Assembly (NCBI RefSeq): GCF_988243305.1
Contig: NZ_OZ547136.1
DNA: 64,000 nucleotides
Strand: one strand, 5' to 3'
Shown here: piece after piece, positions 29,058 through 40,627 of the stretch
Numbering within the stretch: position 1 is the first letter of the stretch
Layout of the letters: each line of letters begins with the position of its first letter
Translations under genes and position numbers: made by a program
The notes under the pieces: model-generated
What the model was told of the DNA's origin: nothing
What the model saw: the letters and a program-made list of their open reading frames with translations, nothing else
Databases searched by the model: none

Positions 29058-29771
29058 TCAGCGAATCTCCAACACTGACGATGAAGTGATCAGGCTGGCG
29101 AACGCATCCATACGGCGGGCAACCTCACGCACCGCATCGCCTGGACTCATGTCATTACGCACCGCCTCATTAAAGGCCGCCTGTTCGATTTTCTGCATCA
29201 CTACCAACAGCCCCAATTGCTGTTCGTCTGCGGTACCGCGTTCACCATCAGACAAACCAGCCACGCGGTTTTCAGCGCGGGCCAGATTGATGTAATGGTG
29301 CCGTTGTGCGCCCAGAGCTTTTAATCTGTCGCGGCTTTCGTGATAGCCAGGCAGGTACTCACGGCGGATAGGTTCTGCGGCGCGGCGCTTAGTGAATGCC
29401 TTCGTAACATCCAGTTTGAACTGGTTAATACGCTCAGGATCACGCCCTCGGGTGATACGCAGCAGATAGTCGAGCTGCGGCTCATTCAGCAGATAACTAA
29501 TCTCAGGACGCCCACGCTTTCGGCCGGATTTTCCCGATTTCAAATCGGTTAATTCCTTGAGTGACTGACGAGGCAGTGATCCCAGCTCGCGCAATCTGCT
29601 CTGGTGCGATTTAATCGTCGCGCTTAAGCTTTCATGTTGTATTCCGGCTCGCTCTGAAATAACGCGGGAATCGATACGCGGCTCCGATTTGTGATTAATT
29701 AAAATATCGCTCTGGCTGGCTTCAGGGCGAACGAATCCCCGCCCACGTTCTGGCGTATATTCAATCTTCAT
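29058..29771 (-). CDS. Hypothetical protein, possible phage-type regulatory protein
   Basis: 237-aa ORF between AlpA and the divergent control region; basic central segment GRKRGRP; no confident family assignment. Confidence 0.4.
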   Translation of the reverse strand: MKIEYTPERGRGFVRPEASQSDILINHKSEPRIDSRVISERAGIQHESLSATIKSHQSRLRELGSLPRQSLKELTDLKSGKSGRKRGRPEISYLLNEPQLDYLLRITRGRDPERINQFKLDVTKAFTKRRAAEPIRREYLPGYHESRDRLKALGAQRHHYINLARAENRVAGLSDGERGTADEQQLGLLVVMQKIEQAAFNEAVRNDMSPGDAVREVARRMDAFASLITSSSVLEIR

Positions 29772-29828
29772 GGTTATAGCTCTGTGTTCAGATGATTGAT
29801 GTGTGGCGGCTGCGTGCCGCCAGCGTGA

Positions 29829-30017
29829 TTAATGAACTGCCTTGCAGCTATCCTTCCAGGCCAGAACCTCGGATAAAGACCAGCCAACGGAACGACCGCC
29901 AAGTTTACGACGTGATGGGAATTGTCCGGCCTTTTCCAGGCGGTAGCGACACGTACGGCTAAGGCCGGTTAGTTTTTCGCATTCTTTTTCACGTATAAAC
30001 CGATCAGTGCTTAACAC
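29829..30017 (-). CDS. alpA: AlpA-family phage transcriptional regulator / excisionase-like HTH protein
   Basis: 62-aa ORF with AlpA-like signature ...LTGLSRTCRYRLEKAGQFPSRRKLGGRSVGW...; adjacent to integrase. Confidence 0.7.
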   Translation of the reverse strand: MLSTDRFIREKECEKLTGLSRTCRYRLEKAGQFPSRRKLGGRSVGWSLSEVLAWKDSCKAVH

Positions 30018-30381
30018 TATTGCCCCCTTTCGTTTCTTAAAGAGTCATCAGGTGTCTTATTGTGTCGTATTGTTCCCGCTAGAGTGATAAATGGCAAATA
30101 CTGAGGATGTATGATTTACAGAAAATGAAACAGTAAGAATAAAATCTTTTAAATTCATGTTAATACAAAGGCATAAAATATTGTTTCATGCCTTTTTTCT
30201 CGCTCTTTAAAGAGTGATTCGCTAGTGTATAAAAAACCAGTAACGCATTAAAAATCAGCTACTTATAAATCCGTACGCTTTTTCGCCTCTTGTTCGTAGT
30301 TGTTCCACATTGTTGCTCATTGTTGCACGTTGTATCTGTTCGCATATACAGTATGCGCATACTGAAAAAACACGAAAAAAA

Positions 30382-31611
30382 TTATTTTCTTCTGGCTACT
30401 GGTAGCGTGGTTACGTTTTCATGTGTTCCCGCCAGTATCCCTAACCGCTCCGTCCACATATCCAGCGCATTGCGTTTAGCATCCAGATAACGGGAATGAT
30501 TATAAACTCGCTGCATTCCTGGCATCTGGTGGCCTGTAAGCTGCTCCACGACATGCGGATCAACGCCTAAATCGTTCAGCATGGTTGTAAAGGTGCGCCG
30601 GATGTCATGCAGTGACCAGTGAGGATGATTAAGCCTCCTGTGCGCTAATCTTCCATACTGCGATACGCTGGCCTCCTGTTTCACTTCCCCCAGCAATAAG
30701 CCCGTGTGCCTGTTCTGCTCCACCAGCTGCGTGACGAACGGCAGGATCGCTTCCGGTATGGGCCGGAATATTGCGACCTTCGTTTTGCTGTGCTCCTTCG
30801 GAACGGTCCATAGCATTTCCGTAAAATCCCACTCCCCGATCTCCGATAACCTCAGTTCTACCGTTCTGGCTCCGAAGACAATCAGGAGGCGGATTAACGC
30901 GACGTAGTAAGGGGAGAATATTTTTTTGTCCAGTGCCTGCAATAATTCGCCAAGTTCTTTGTTACTTAAGACACGTTCGCTTATATCCGGTTTTTTCCCA
31001 ACGTCCGCCACGTTCAGATCGTCCAGAACGTTGCTGATTGCATAGCGCCGCCTACGGCAGAACTTAAGCGCCTGTTTGCACGCCTGTAGCACGAATCCGG
31101 CAGTAACAGGCGTTCGCTTTGCCACCTGGTCAAAACAGGCCAGCCAGTGCCGTAGCTCGCATTTATCCAGCGGCATAGCACCAATCTGCTGTATTACGTG
31201 ATTATTAAGTCGCCTTTTCAGGGCGATATAATCCACGCGGTTTTCCTTTACGTAATACTCAAGCCAGTAGGTGAGCGCATCGCCAACCGTTACGGGCTTT
31301 AACGCTTCCTGTACGGTGTAATTCATCTCATGACGTGGATTTTTCCCCTCAGCCAGCCATGTGCGACACTGTGCGGCTTTTTCCCTGGCTGCTTTCAGGC
31401 TCAGATCAGGATAACTTCCCAGCTTAATGCGTTCGGGTCGTGTCTCCCTTCCCGTTCCGGCCCTGTATGTGAAATACCAGGTCAATTTCCCTGATGTTAA
31501 ATATTTCACGCTCAGGTTTCCGCCATCACTATAAAACGTGTTTTTCTCCGCTGGCTTACCATGAAGTTTCCTTAGCAAGGTATCGCTCAGTTTGTTCATT
31601 GCTCTGCTCAC
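30382..31611 (-). CDS. int: Tyrosine site-specific integrase (P4-type)
   Basis: 409-aa ORF; C-terminal catalytic region with HDIRRTF (H-x-x-R) and a downstream tyrosine; located at the island right end. Confidence 0.85.
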   Translation of the reverse strand: MSRAMNKLSDTLLRKLHGKPAEKNTFYSDGGNLSVKYLTSGKLTWYFTYRAGTGRETRPERIKLGSYPDLSLKAAREKAAQCRTWLAEGKNPRHEMNYTVQEALKPVTVGDALTYWLEYYVKENRVDYIALKRRLNNHVIQQIGAMPLDKCELRHWLACFDQVAKRTPVTAGFVLQACKQALKFCRRRRYAISNVLDDLNVADVGKKPDISERVLSNKELGELLQALDKKIFSPYYVALIRLLIVFGARTVELRLSEIGEWDFTEMLWTVPKEHSKTKVAIFRPIPEAILPFVTQLVEQNRHTGLLLGEVKQEASVSQYGRLAHRRLNHPHWSLHDIRRTFTTMLNDLGVDPHVVEQLTGHQMPGMQRVYNHSRYLDAKRNALDMWTERLGILAGTHENVTTLPVARRK

Positions 31612-31786
31612 GTTTTACCCCCTCTTTACGAAAAAGTGACTACACCAGTGACTACACCGATCGTTGCACAAAGGGCTACAACGTGAAACAAGCTGGAACA
31701 AGGAAAATCACAAATCTGTTGATAATCAAAAACATAATGCACAGCCTGAAACATTATGAAACAGCAAAAAACACTAAATGATAAAA

Positions 31787-31795
31787 TGCTGTTAT
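31787..31795. repeat. Right copy of 9-bp direct repeat TGCTGTTAT at the island/host junction
   Basis: Identical to 16458-16466; the tqsA reading frame resumes here ([11 protein letters not shown]...). Confidence 0.65.
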
Positions 31796-32693
31796 TCTTA
31801 ACCCGCTGGTGCAACACATGGTCCGCTGGCGAGTGCCGCGTGTACTGGCGGTGTCGATTTTGATGACCATCATCGTGATGGCGATGGTGTTGCTGTTAGC
31901 TTATCTGGGTTCCGCACTCAACGAGTTGACGCGGACGTTACCGCAATATCGCAACTCTATTATGACGCCGCTGCAAGCGCTTGAACCGTTGTTGCAACGC
32001 GTAGGGATTGACGTCTCAGTTGACCAACTGGCGCATTACATTGATCCGAACGCGGCGATGACGTTGCTCACCAACTTATTGACGCAGTTATCTAATGCCA
32101 TGTCATCAATCTTTTTATTGCTGCTGACGGTGCTGTTTATGCTGCTCGAAGTGCCACAATTGCCCGGAAAATTTCAGCAAATGATGGCGCGTCCGGTTGA
32201 AGGGATGGCGGCGATTCAGCGTGCGATTGACAGTGTTTCTCATTATCTGGTGCTGAAAACAGCCATCAGCATCATCACCGGCCTGGTCGCCTGGGCGATG
32301 CTCGCCGCACTCGATGTTCGCTTCGCTTTTGTCTGGGGATTGCTGGCCTTTGCGCTTAATTACATCCCGAATATTGGTTCAGTTCTCGCGGCAATCCCCC
32401 CTATCGCTCAGGTATTGGTGTTTAATGGCTTCTACGAAGCGTTGCTGGTGCTGGCGGGATATCTGCTGATTAATCTGGTCTTCGGCAATATTCTGGAGCC
32501 GCGCATCATGGGGCGTGGGCTGGGGCTTTCCACATTGGTGGTATTTCTGTCGTTGATTTTTTGGGGATGGTTGTTAGGACCGGTGGGTATGCTGCTTTCC
32601 GTGCCGTTGACAATTATTGTCAAAATTGCGCTTGAACAAACAGCGGGTGGTCAAAGCATCGCCGTTCTGTTAAGCGATCTCAATAAAGAGTGA
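31796..32693 (+). pseudogene. tqsA: 3' portion of tqsA (AI-2 exporter) separated from its 5' end by the island
   Basis: In-frame continuation [24 protein letters not shown]...; track ORF starts at GTG 31809. Confidence 0.8.
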
Positions 32694-32717
32694 CGGCCTC
32701 CGCAGAGGCCGTCAGGG

Positions 32718-34109
<1,392 letters not shown>

Positions 34110-34116
34110 TTACCCC

Positions 34117-35712
<1,596 letters not shown>

Positions 35713-36172
35713 TCATGTACGAGCTAAATGTTACTCCGTTAAAATAAATTAGTAACAAACGCCCTATAACGTACTGAAAATTATGCCTGTGATCTAGCGC
35801 CAAAAATCAGTATTTCGGCGTGAACTCGCAAAATATTAACGATTCAGCCGTGATAGTGGGATAAACACCTTAGAACGTTGGATAAAGACTGATAATTGTC
35901 TTCGACGGTCAGGTAAAACGAGACATCGCCCCGGCACGAATCACTACTTAACATTAAATTAACTTATACAATTCAGTTGCTTCAGTAGTATTGATGCTGA
36001 TACGGCTGTTTTTTAAGCATAGACGGTCATTTGAGCAGGATTAAAATTGGCTTAAGGAATGTGATATGAAAAATGACGCAGACAGTTACACCGTTTAAAT
36101 GCAATAATCAGCCACGTTTCTCGTTAATAACAATACCAGTACCTGGTTTGCGCAAGGCGAAGGATTATTTTT

Positions 36173-37117
36173 ATGAAGCTTAAGAACACCCTCCTGGCGT
36201 CGGCACTGCTTTCTGCTACGGCATTCTCCGTTAACGCAGCAACAGAACTGACACCGGAGCAAGCGGCAGCGGTTAAACCTTTTGACCGTGTAGTGGTTAC
36301 CGGTCGTTTTAATGCTATTGGCGAAGCGGTGAAAGCCGTTTCTCGTCGCGCAGATAAAGAAGGTGCCGCCTCTTTTTATGTTGTCGACACTTCTGATTTT
36401 GGTAACAGCGGTAACTGGCGTGTGGTCGCTGACCTCTATAAAGCCGATGCTGAAAAAGCAGAAGAAACAAGTAATCGCGTAATTAACGGTGTTGTCGAAC
36501 TGCCGAAAGATCAGGCTGTTCTGATTGAACCGTTTGACACGGTCACCGTCCAGGGCTTCTATCGTAGCCAGCCAGAAGTCAATGATGCCATCACCAAAGC
36601 GGCAAAAGCGAAAGGTGCCTACTCTTTCTACATCGTTCGTCAAATCGATGCCAACCAGGGCGGCAACCAGCGTATTACTGCATTCATCTATAAAAAAGAT
36701 GCGAAGAAACGTATCGTCCAGAGCCCGGATGTGATCCCGGCAGATTCCGAAGCAGGACGTGCAGCTCTGGCTGCCGGTGGCGAAGCCGCGAAGAAAGTTG
36801 AGATTCCGGGTGTTGCGACTACCGCATCACCAAGCTCTGAAGTCGGTCGCTTCTTTGAAACCCAGTCATCAAAAGGCGGGCGTTACACTGTCACGCTTCC
36901 TGACGGCACTAAAGTCGAAGAACTGAACAAAGCGACCGCAGCGATGATGGTCCCGTTCGACAGCATCAAATTCTCTGGCAACTACGGCAACATGACTGAA
37001 GTCTCCTATCAGGTTGCGAAACGTGCCGCGAAGAAAGGTGCTAAATATTACCACATCACCCGCCAGTGGCAGGAACGTGGTAATAACCTGACCGTCAGCG
37101 CAGATCTGTATAAATAA
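36173..37117 (+). CDS. ydgH: Periplasmic DUF1471-repeat protein
   Basis: Signal peptide plus three internal repeats of a ~90-aa unit. Confidence 0.85.
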   Translation: MKLKNTLLASALLSATAFSVNAATELTPEQAAAVKPFDRVVVTGRFNAIGEAVKAVSRRADKEGAASFYVVDTSDFGNSGNWRVVADLYKADAEKAEETSNRVINGVVELPKDQAVLIEPFDTVTVQGFYRSQPEVNDAITKAAKAKGAYSFYIVRQIDANQGGNQRITAFIYKKDAKKRIVQSPDVIPADSEAGRAALAAGGEAAKKVEIPGVATTASPSSEVGRFFETQSSKGGRYTVTLPDGTKVEELNKATAAMMVPFDSIKFSGNYGNMTEVSYQVAKRAAKKGAKYYHITRQWQERGNNLTVSADLYK

Positions 37118-37135
37118 CTATTCAGTTACTCCTAT

Positions 37136-37166
37136 AAGGCGGCTTGATGCCGCCTTTCGCATTTTT
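37136..37166 (+). terminator. Rho-independent terminator after ydgH
   Basis: AAGGCGGCTTGATGCCGCCTT hairpin followed by TCGCATTTTT. Confidence 0.6.
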
Positions 37167-37302
37167 AGTCACAAATTTCCCCGCGACCATTGCATGCAGA
37201 CACATCTCTTCGTAAAATCCCGCGCTTCAGTGGCAAACTCCATTTTTATGCGTTTTGCCCTAATATTTATTCTTCTTATCACGTTTTAATCACTGGATAT
37301 CG

Positions 37303-38685
37303 ATGGAAAAGAAACTGGGACTGAGCGCACTCACCGCGCTGGTATTAAGCTCAATGCTGGGCGCGGGTGTTTTCAGTCTGCCGCAAAATATGGCAGCAGT
37401 TGCCAGCCCGGCAGCACTGCTCATCGGCTGGGGCATTACTGGCGCTGGCATTTTATTGCTGGCCTTTGCCATGCTGATCCTCACGCGCATTCGTCCCGAA
37501 CTTGACGGCGGTATCTTTACCTATGCCCGCGAAGGGTTTGGCGAGCTAATCGGCTTTTGTTCCGCATGGGGATACTGGCTGTGCGCGGTCATCGCCAACG
37601 TCTCCTATCTGGTGATCGTTTTTTCCGCGTTAAGCTTTTTTACGGACACGCCGGAATTGCGCCTGTTTGGCGATGGTAATACCTGGCAATCGATCGTCGG
37701 TGCATCGGCTTTATTGTGGATTGTTCACTTTTTGATCCTGCGCGGGGTGCAAACCGCTGCCAGCATTAACCTGGTGGCAACACTGGCAAAACTGTTGCCG
37801 CTGGGTCTGTTTGTTGTGTTGGCGATGATGATGTTCAAACTGGATACCTTCAAGCTCGACTTCACCGGACTTGCACTTGGCGTACCCGTTTGGGAACAGG
37901 TGAAAAACACCATGCTGATCACCCTGTGGGTTTTCATTGGTGTGGAAGGTGCCGTGGTTGTTTCTGCGCGTGCGCGTAATAAACGTGATGTTGGCAAAGC
38001 GACACTGCTGGCGGTTCTCTCCGCTCTGGGCGTTTACTTGCTGGTAACGCTGCTTTCGTTGGGTGTGGTGGCACGTCCTGAACTGGCTGAAATTCGTAAC
38101 CCGTCAATGGCCGGTCTGATGGTGGAAATGATGGGACCATGGGGCGAAATCATCATCGCTGCCGGTTTAATCGTTTCCGTTTGCGGCGCGTACTTAAGCT
38201 GGACCATCATGGCGGCAGAAGTTCCGTTCCTGGCCGCCACTCATAAAGCATTCCCGCGCATTTTTGCGCGCCAGAACGCACAAGCTGCGCCATCCGCCTC
38301 ACTGTGGTTGACCAACATCTGCGTGCAAATTTGTCTGGTACTCATCTGGCTGACCGGTTCCGATTACAACACGTTGCTGACCATCGCCTCAGAAATGATT
38401 CTGGTGCCCTATTTCCTGGTCGGCGCGTTCTTGCTGAAAATCGCAACCCGTCCACTGCATAAAGCGGTAGGTGTCGGTGCCTGCATTTATGGCTTATGGT
38501 TATTGTACGCCTCTGGTCCAATGCACTTGCTGTTATCCGTTGTTCTGTATGCACCGGGGCTGCTGGTTTTCCTGTACGCGCGTAAAACGCATACCCATGA
38601 TAATGTACTGAATCGTCAGGAAATGGTGCTGATTGGCATGCTGTTAATTGCCTCAGTTCCGGCGACCTGGATGCTGGTGGGATAA
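37303..38685 (+). CDS. ydgI: APC-family amino acid antiporter (putative arginine:ornithine antiporter)
   Basis: 460-aa polytopic membrane protein. Confidence 0.85.
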   Translation: MEKKLGLSALTALVLSSMLGAGVFSLPQNMAAVASPAALLIGWGITGAGILLLAFAMLILTRIRPELDGGIFTYAREGFGELIGFCSAWGYWLCAVIANVSYLVIVFSALSFFTDTPELRLFGDGNTWQSIVGASALLWIVHFLILRGVQTAASINLVATLAKLLPLGLFVVLAMMMFKLDTFKLDFTGLALGVPVWEQVKNTMLITLWVFIGVEGAVVVSARARNKRDVGKATLLAVLSALGVYLLVTLLSLGVVARPELAEIRNPSMAGLMVEMMGPWGEIIIAAGLIVSVCGAYLSWTIMAAEVPFLAATHKAFPRIFARQNAQAAPSASLWLTNICVQICLVLIWLTGSDYNTLLTIASEMILVPYFLVGAFLLKIATRPLHKAVGVGACIYGLWLLYASGPMHLLLSVVLYAPGLLVFLYARKTHTHDNVLNRQEMVLIGMLLIASVPATWMLVG

Positions 38686-38721
38686 CGTTCATCCCATCGT
38701 TGGATAGCAAAGGAGATAACG

Positions 38722-39444
38722 ATGGGTAAAGCCCAGCCCTTGCCAATATTAATTACTGGCGGTGGTCGTCGCATCGGCCTCGCCCTCGCATGGCATTTCA
38801 TTAATCAAAAGCAACCGGTGATTATCAGCTATCGGACGCACTATCCAGCCATTGATGGACTGATTAACGCAGGTGCGCAGTGTATTCAGGCTGATTTTTC
38901 GACCAACGACGGTGTGATGGCGTTTGCCGATGAAGTACTAAAAAGCACCCATGGCCTGCGTGCTATTTTGCATAACGCCAGCGCGTGGATGGCAGAAAAA
39001 CCAAGTACACCACTGACCGACGTACTGGCTTGCATGATGCAGATCCACGTTAATACCCCATATCTACTCAACCATGCCCTGGAAAGATTACTGCGTGGGC
39101 ACGGACACGCCGCCAGCGATATTATTCACTTTACCGATTATGTGGTGGAGCGCGGTAGCGACAAACATATTGCCTATGCTGCAAGCAAAGCGGCACTGGA
39201 TAATATGACCCGCTCGTTTGCCCGCAAGTTGGCACCGGAAGTGAAAGTGAATTCTATTGCGCCATCGCTGATCCTGTTTAATGAGCATGATGATGCCGAA
39301 TATCGACAACAGGCGCTGAATAAATCACTGATGAAAACCGCGCCTGGCGAGAAAGAAGTGATCGACCTGGTCGATTACTTACTTACCAGCTGCTTTGTCA
39401 CCGGACGCAGTTTCCCTCTTGATGGCGGTCGTCATCTGCGTTAA
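38722..39444 (+). CDS. folM: Short-chain dehydrogenase, dihydromonapterin reductase
   Basis: 240-aa SDR with N-terminal TGGGRRIG nucleotide-binding motif and YAASK catalytic motif. Confidence 0.85.
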   Translation: MGKAQPLPILITGGGRRIGLALAWHFINQKQPVIISYRTHYPAIDGLINAGAQCIQADFSTNDGVMAFADEVLKSTHGLRAILHNASAWMAEKPSTPLTDVLACMMQIHVNTPYLLNHALERLLRGHGHAASDIIHFTDYVVERGSDKHIAYAASKAALDNMTRSFARKLAPEVKVNSIAPSLILFNEHDDAEYRQQALNKSLMKTAPGEKEVIDLVDYLLTSCFVTGRSFPLDGGRHLR

Positions 39445-39776
39445 TGCAGCTTTATCCAGCATATAATCAACACCCATGCGCTTATCCCCCAACACGCAAC
39501 AGAACCAACAAAAGCGGCGGGCAAGCGCATCATTCCGGTGAAATACCACAGCGACGCCAGGTAAACAAAATAGGGAATAATCGACCACATGCTAAAAATG
39601 ATGGTTGCGCGTAAGGCTTCAATGCCGCGTTCGCTGGCAACAATATAATGCGCGATGAGCGCAAAGGTCGGGAAAAGTGGGATCAGCCCGGCGATATAAT
39701 AATTTTTCGTTTTTGCTAAAACACCAATCAACAGCACTACCAGCGCACCGAGCGCGGCTTTGATTACCAGCCCCAT
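39441..39776 (-). CDS. ydgC: GlpM-family inner membrane protein
   Basis: 111-aa hydrophobic protein; overlaps folM stop. Confidence 0.8.
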   Translation of the reverse strand: MGLVIKAALGALVVLLIGVLAKTKNYYIAGLIPLFPTFALIAHYIVASERGIEALRATIIFSMWSIIPYFVYLASLWYFTGMMRLPAAFVGSVACWGISAWVLIICWIKLH

Positions 39777-39904
39777 CTTTTTACCTTAACACTTCCATAA
39801 CAAGTCATCAGTAGAATACCTGATGAAAACTTGTTTAGAAACGATTGATAGTAAGTAAAAACAGCGCGGTGTATTGTGACGTTTTTATATCTACCGTGAA
39901 TAAT

Positions 39905-40624
39905 ATGAACACTATCGTATTTGTGGAAGATGATGCGGAAGTCGGTTCACTGATTGCCGCGTACCTGGCAAAACATGATATGCAGGTTACCGTAGAGCCG
40001 CGCGGCGACCAGGCCGAAGAAACTATTCTGCGAGAAAATCCGGATTTGGTGTTACTCGACATCATGCTACCAGGCAAGGACGGCATGACCATTTGTCGTG
40101 ATTTACGCGCAAAGTGGTCCGGACCAATTGTTCTTCTAACCTCTCTCGATAGCGATATGAACCACATCCTGGCACTGGAAATGGGAGCCTGCGACTATAT
40201 TCTCAAAACGACGCCCCCTGCTGTTTTGTTAGCGCGTTTACGTTTGCATTTGCGTCAGAATGAGCAAGCCACACTGAGCAAAGGTCTTCAGGAAACGTCT
40301 CTGACTCCCTACAAAGCCCTGCATTTCGGCACGTTGACCATCGATCCTATCAACCGCGTAGTCACCCTGGCTAACACTGAAATCTCGCTCTCGACAGCTG
40401 ATTTCGAATTATTGTGGGAATTAGCTACCCATGCTGGGCAAATCATGGACCGCGATGCATTGCTGAAAAATTTACGTGGCGTCAGTTATGACGGACTGGA
40501 TCGTAGCGTGGACGTGGCTATTTCGCGGTTAAGAAAAAAACTGCTCGATAACGCCGCAGAACCTTATCGCATTAAAACTGTGCGTAACAAAGGCTATCTT
40601 TTTGCGCCTCATGCATGGGAATAA
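39905..40624 (+). CDS. rstA: OmpR-family two-component response regulator
   Basis: Start at MNTIVFVEDD; receiver domain and winged-helix output domain; followed by rstB. Confidence 0.85.
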   Translation: MNTIVFVEDDAEVGSLIAAYLAKHDMQVTVEPRGDQAEETILRENPDLVLLDIMLPGKDGMTICRDLRAKWSGPIVLLTSLDSDMNHILALEMGACDYILKTTPPAVLLARLRLHLRQNEQATLSKGLQETSLTPYKALHFGTLTIDPINRVVTLANTEISLSTADFELLWELATHAGQIMDRDALLKNLRGVSYDGLDRSVDVAISRLRKKLLDNAAEPYRIKTVRNKGYLFAPHAWE

Positions 40625-40627
40625 GCG

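Larger units (their letters stand above)
16467..31795. mobile_element. ~15.3 kb integrated phage-satellite-like island (integrase, AlpA, replication ATPase, SSB, HK97-type capsid and terminase module; no tail or lysis genes)
   Basis: Interrupts tqsA; flanked by 9-bp direct repeats; gene content listed in the features below. Confidence 0.8.

Noticed and set aside
28024-29058. 344-aa minus-strand ORF spanning the island control region
   Set aside because: It runs antisense across two plus-strand small genes that have proper ribosome-binding sites, and across operator repeats and hairpins; the translation has no recognisable domain. Most likely a chance open frame.
30165-30205. Hairpin AAGGCAT-N13-ATGCCTT plus T-run in the int-alpA intergenic region, reading as a plus-strand terminator
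   Set aside because: No plus-strand gene lies upstream of it and it is wrongly oriented to terminate int; possibly a regulatory structure, but too weak to call.
16467-31795. tRNA or tmRNA gene at the island boundary
   Set aside because: Integrases of this type often target tRNA genes, but no tRNA-like cloverleaf (conserved T-arm GTTCGANTCC or acceptor stem) is evident at either junction; the target is the tqsA coding sequence.
32692-32713. Hairpin GACGGCCTCCGCAGAGGCCGTC between tqsA and pntB
   Set aside because: Good stem but no adjacent U-run on either strand, so not confidently a Rho-independent terminator.
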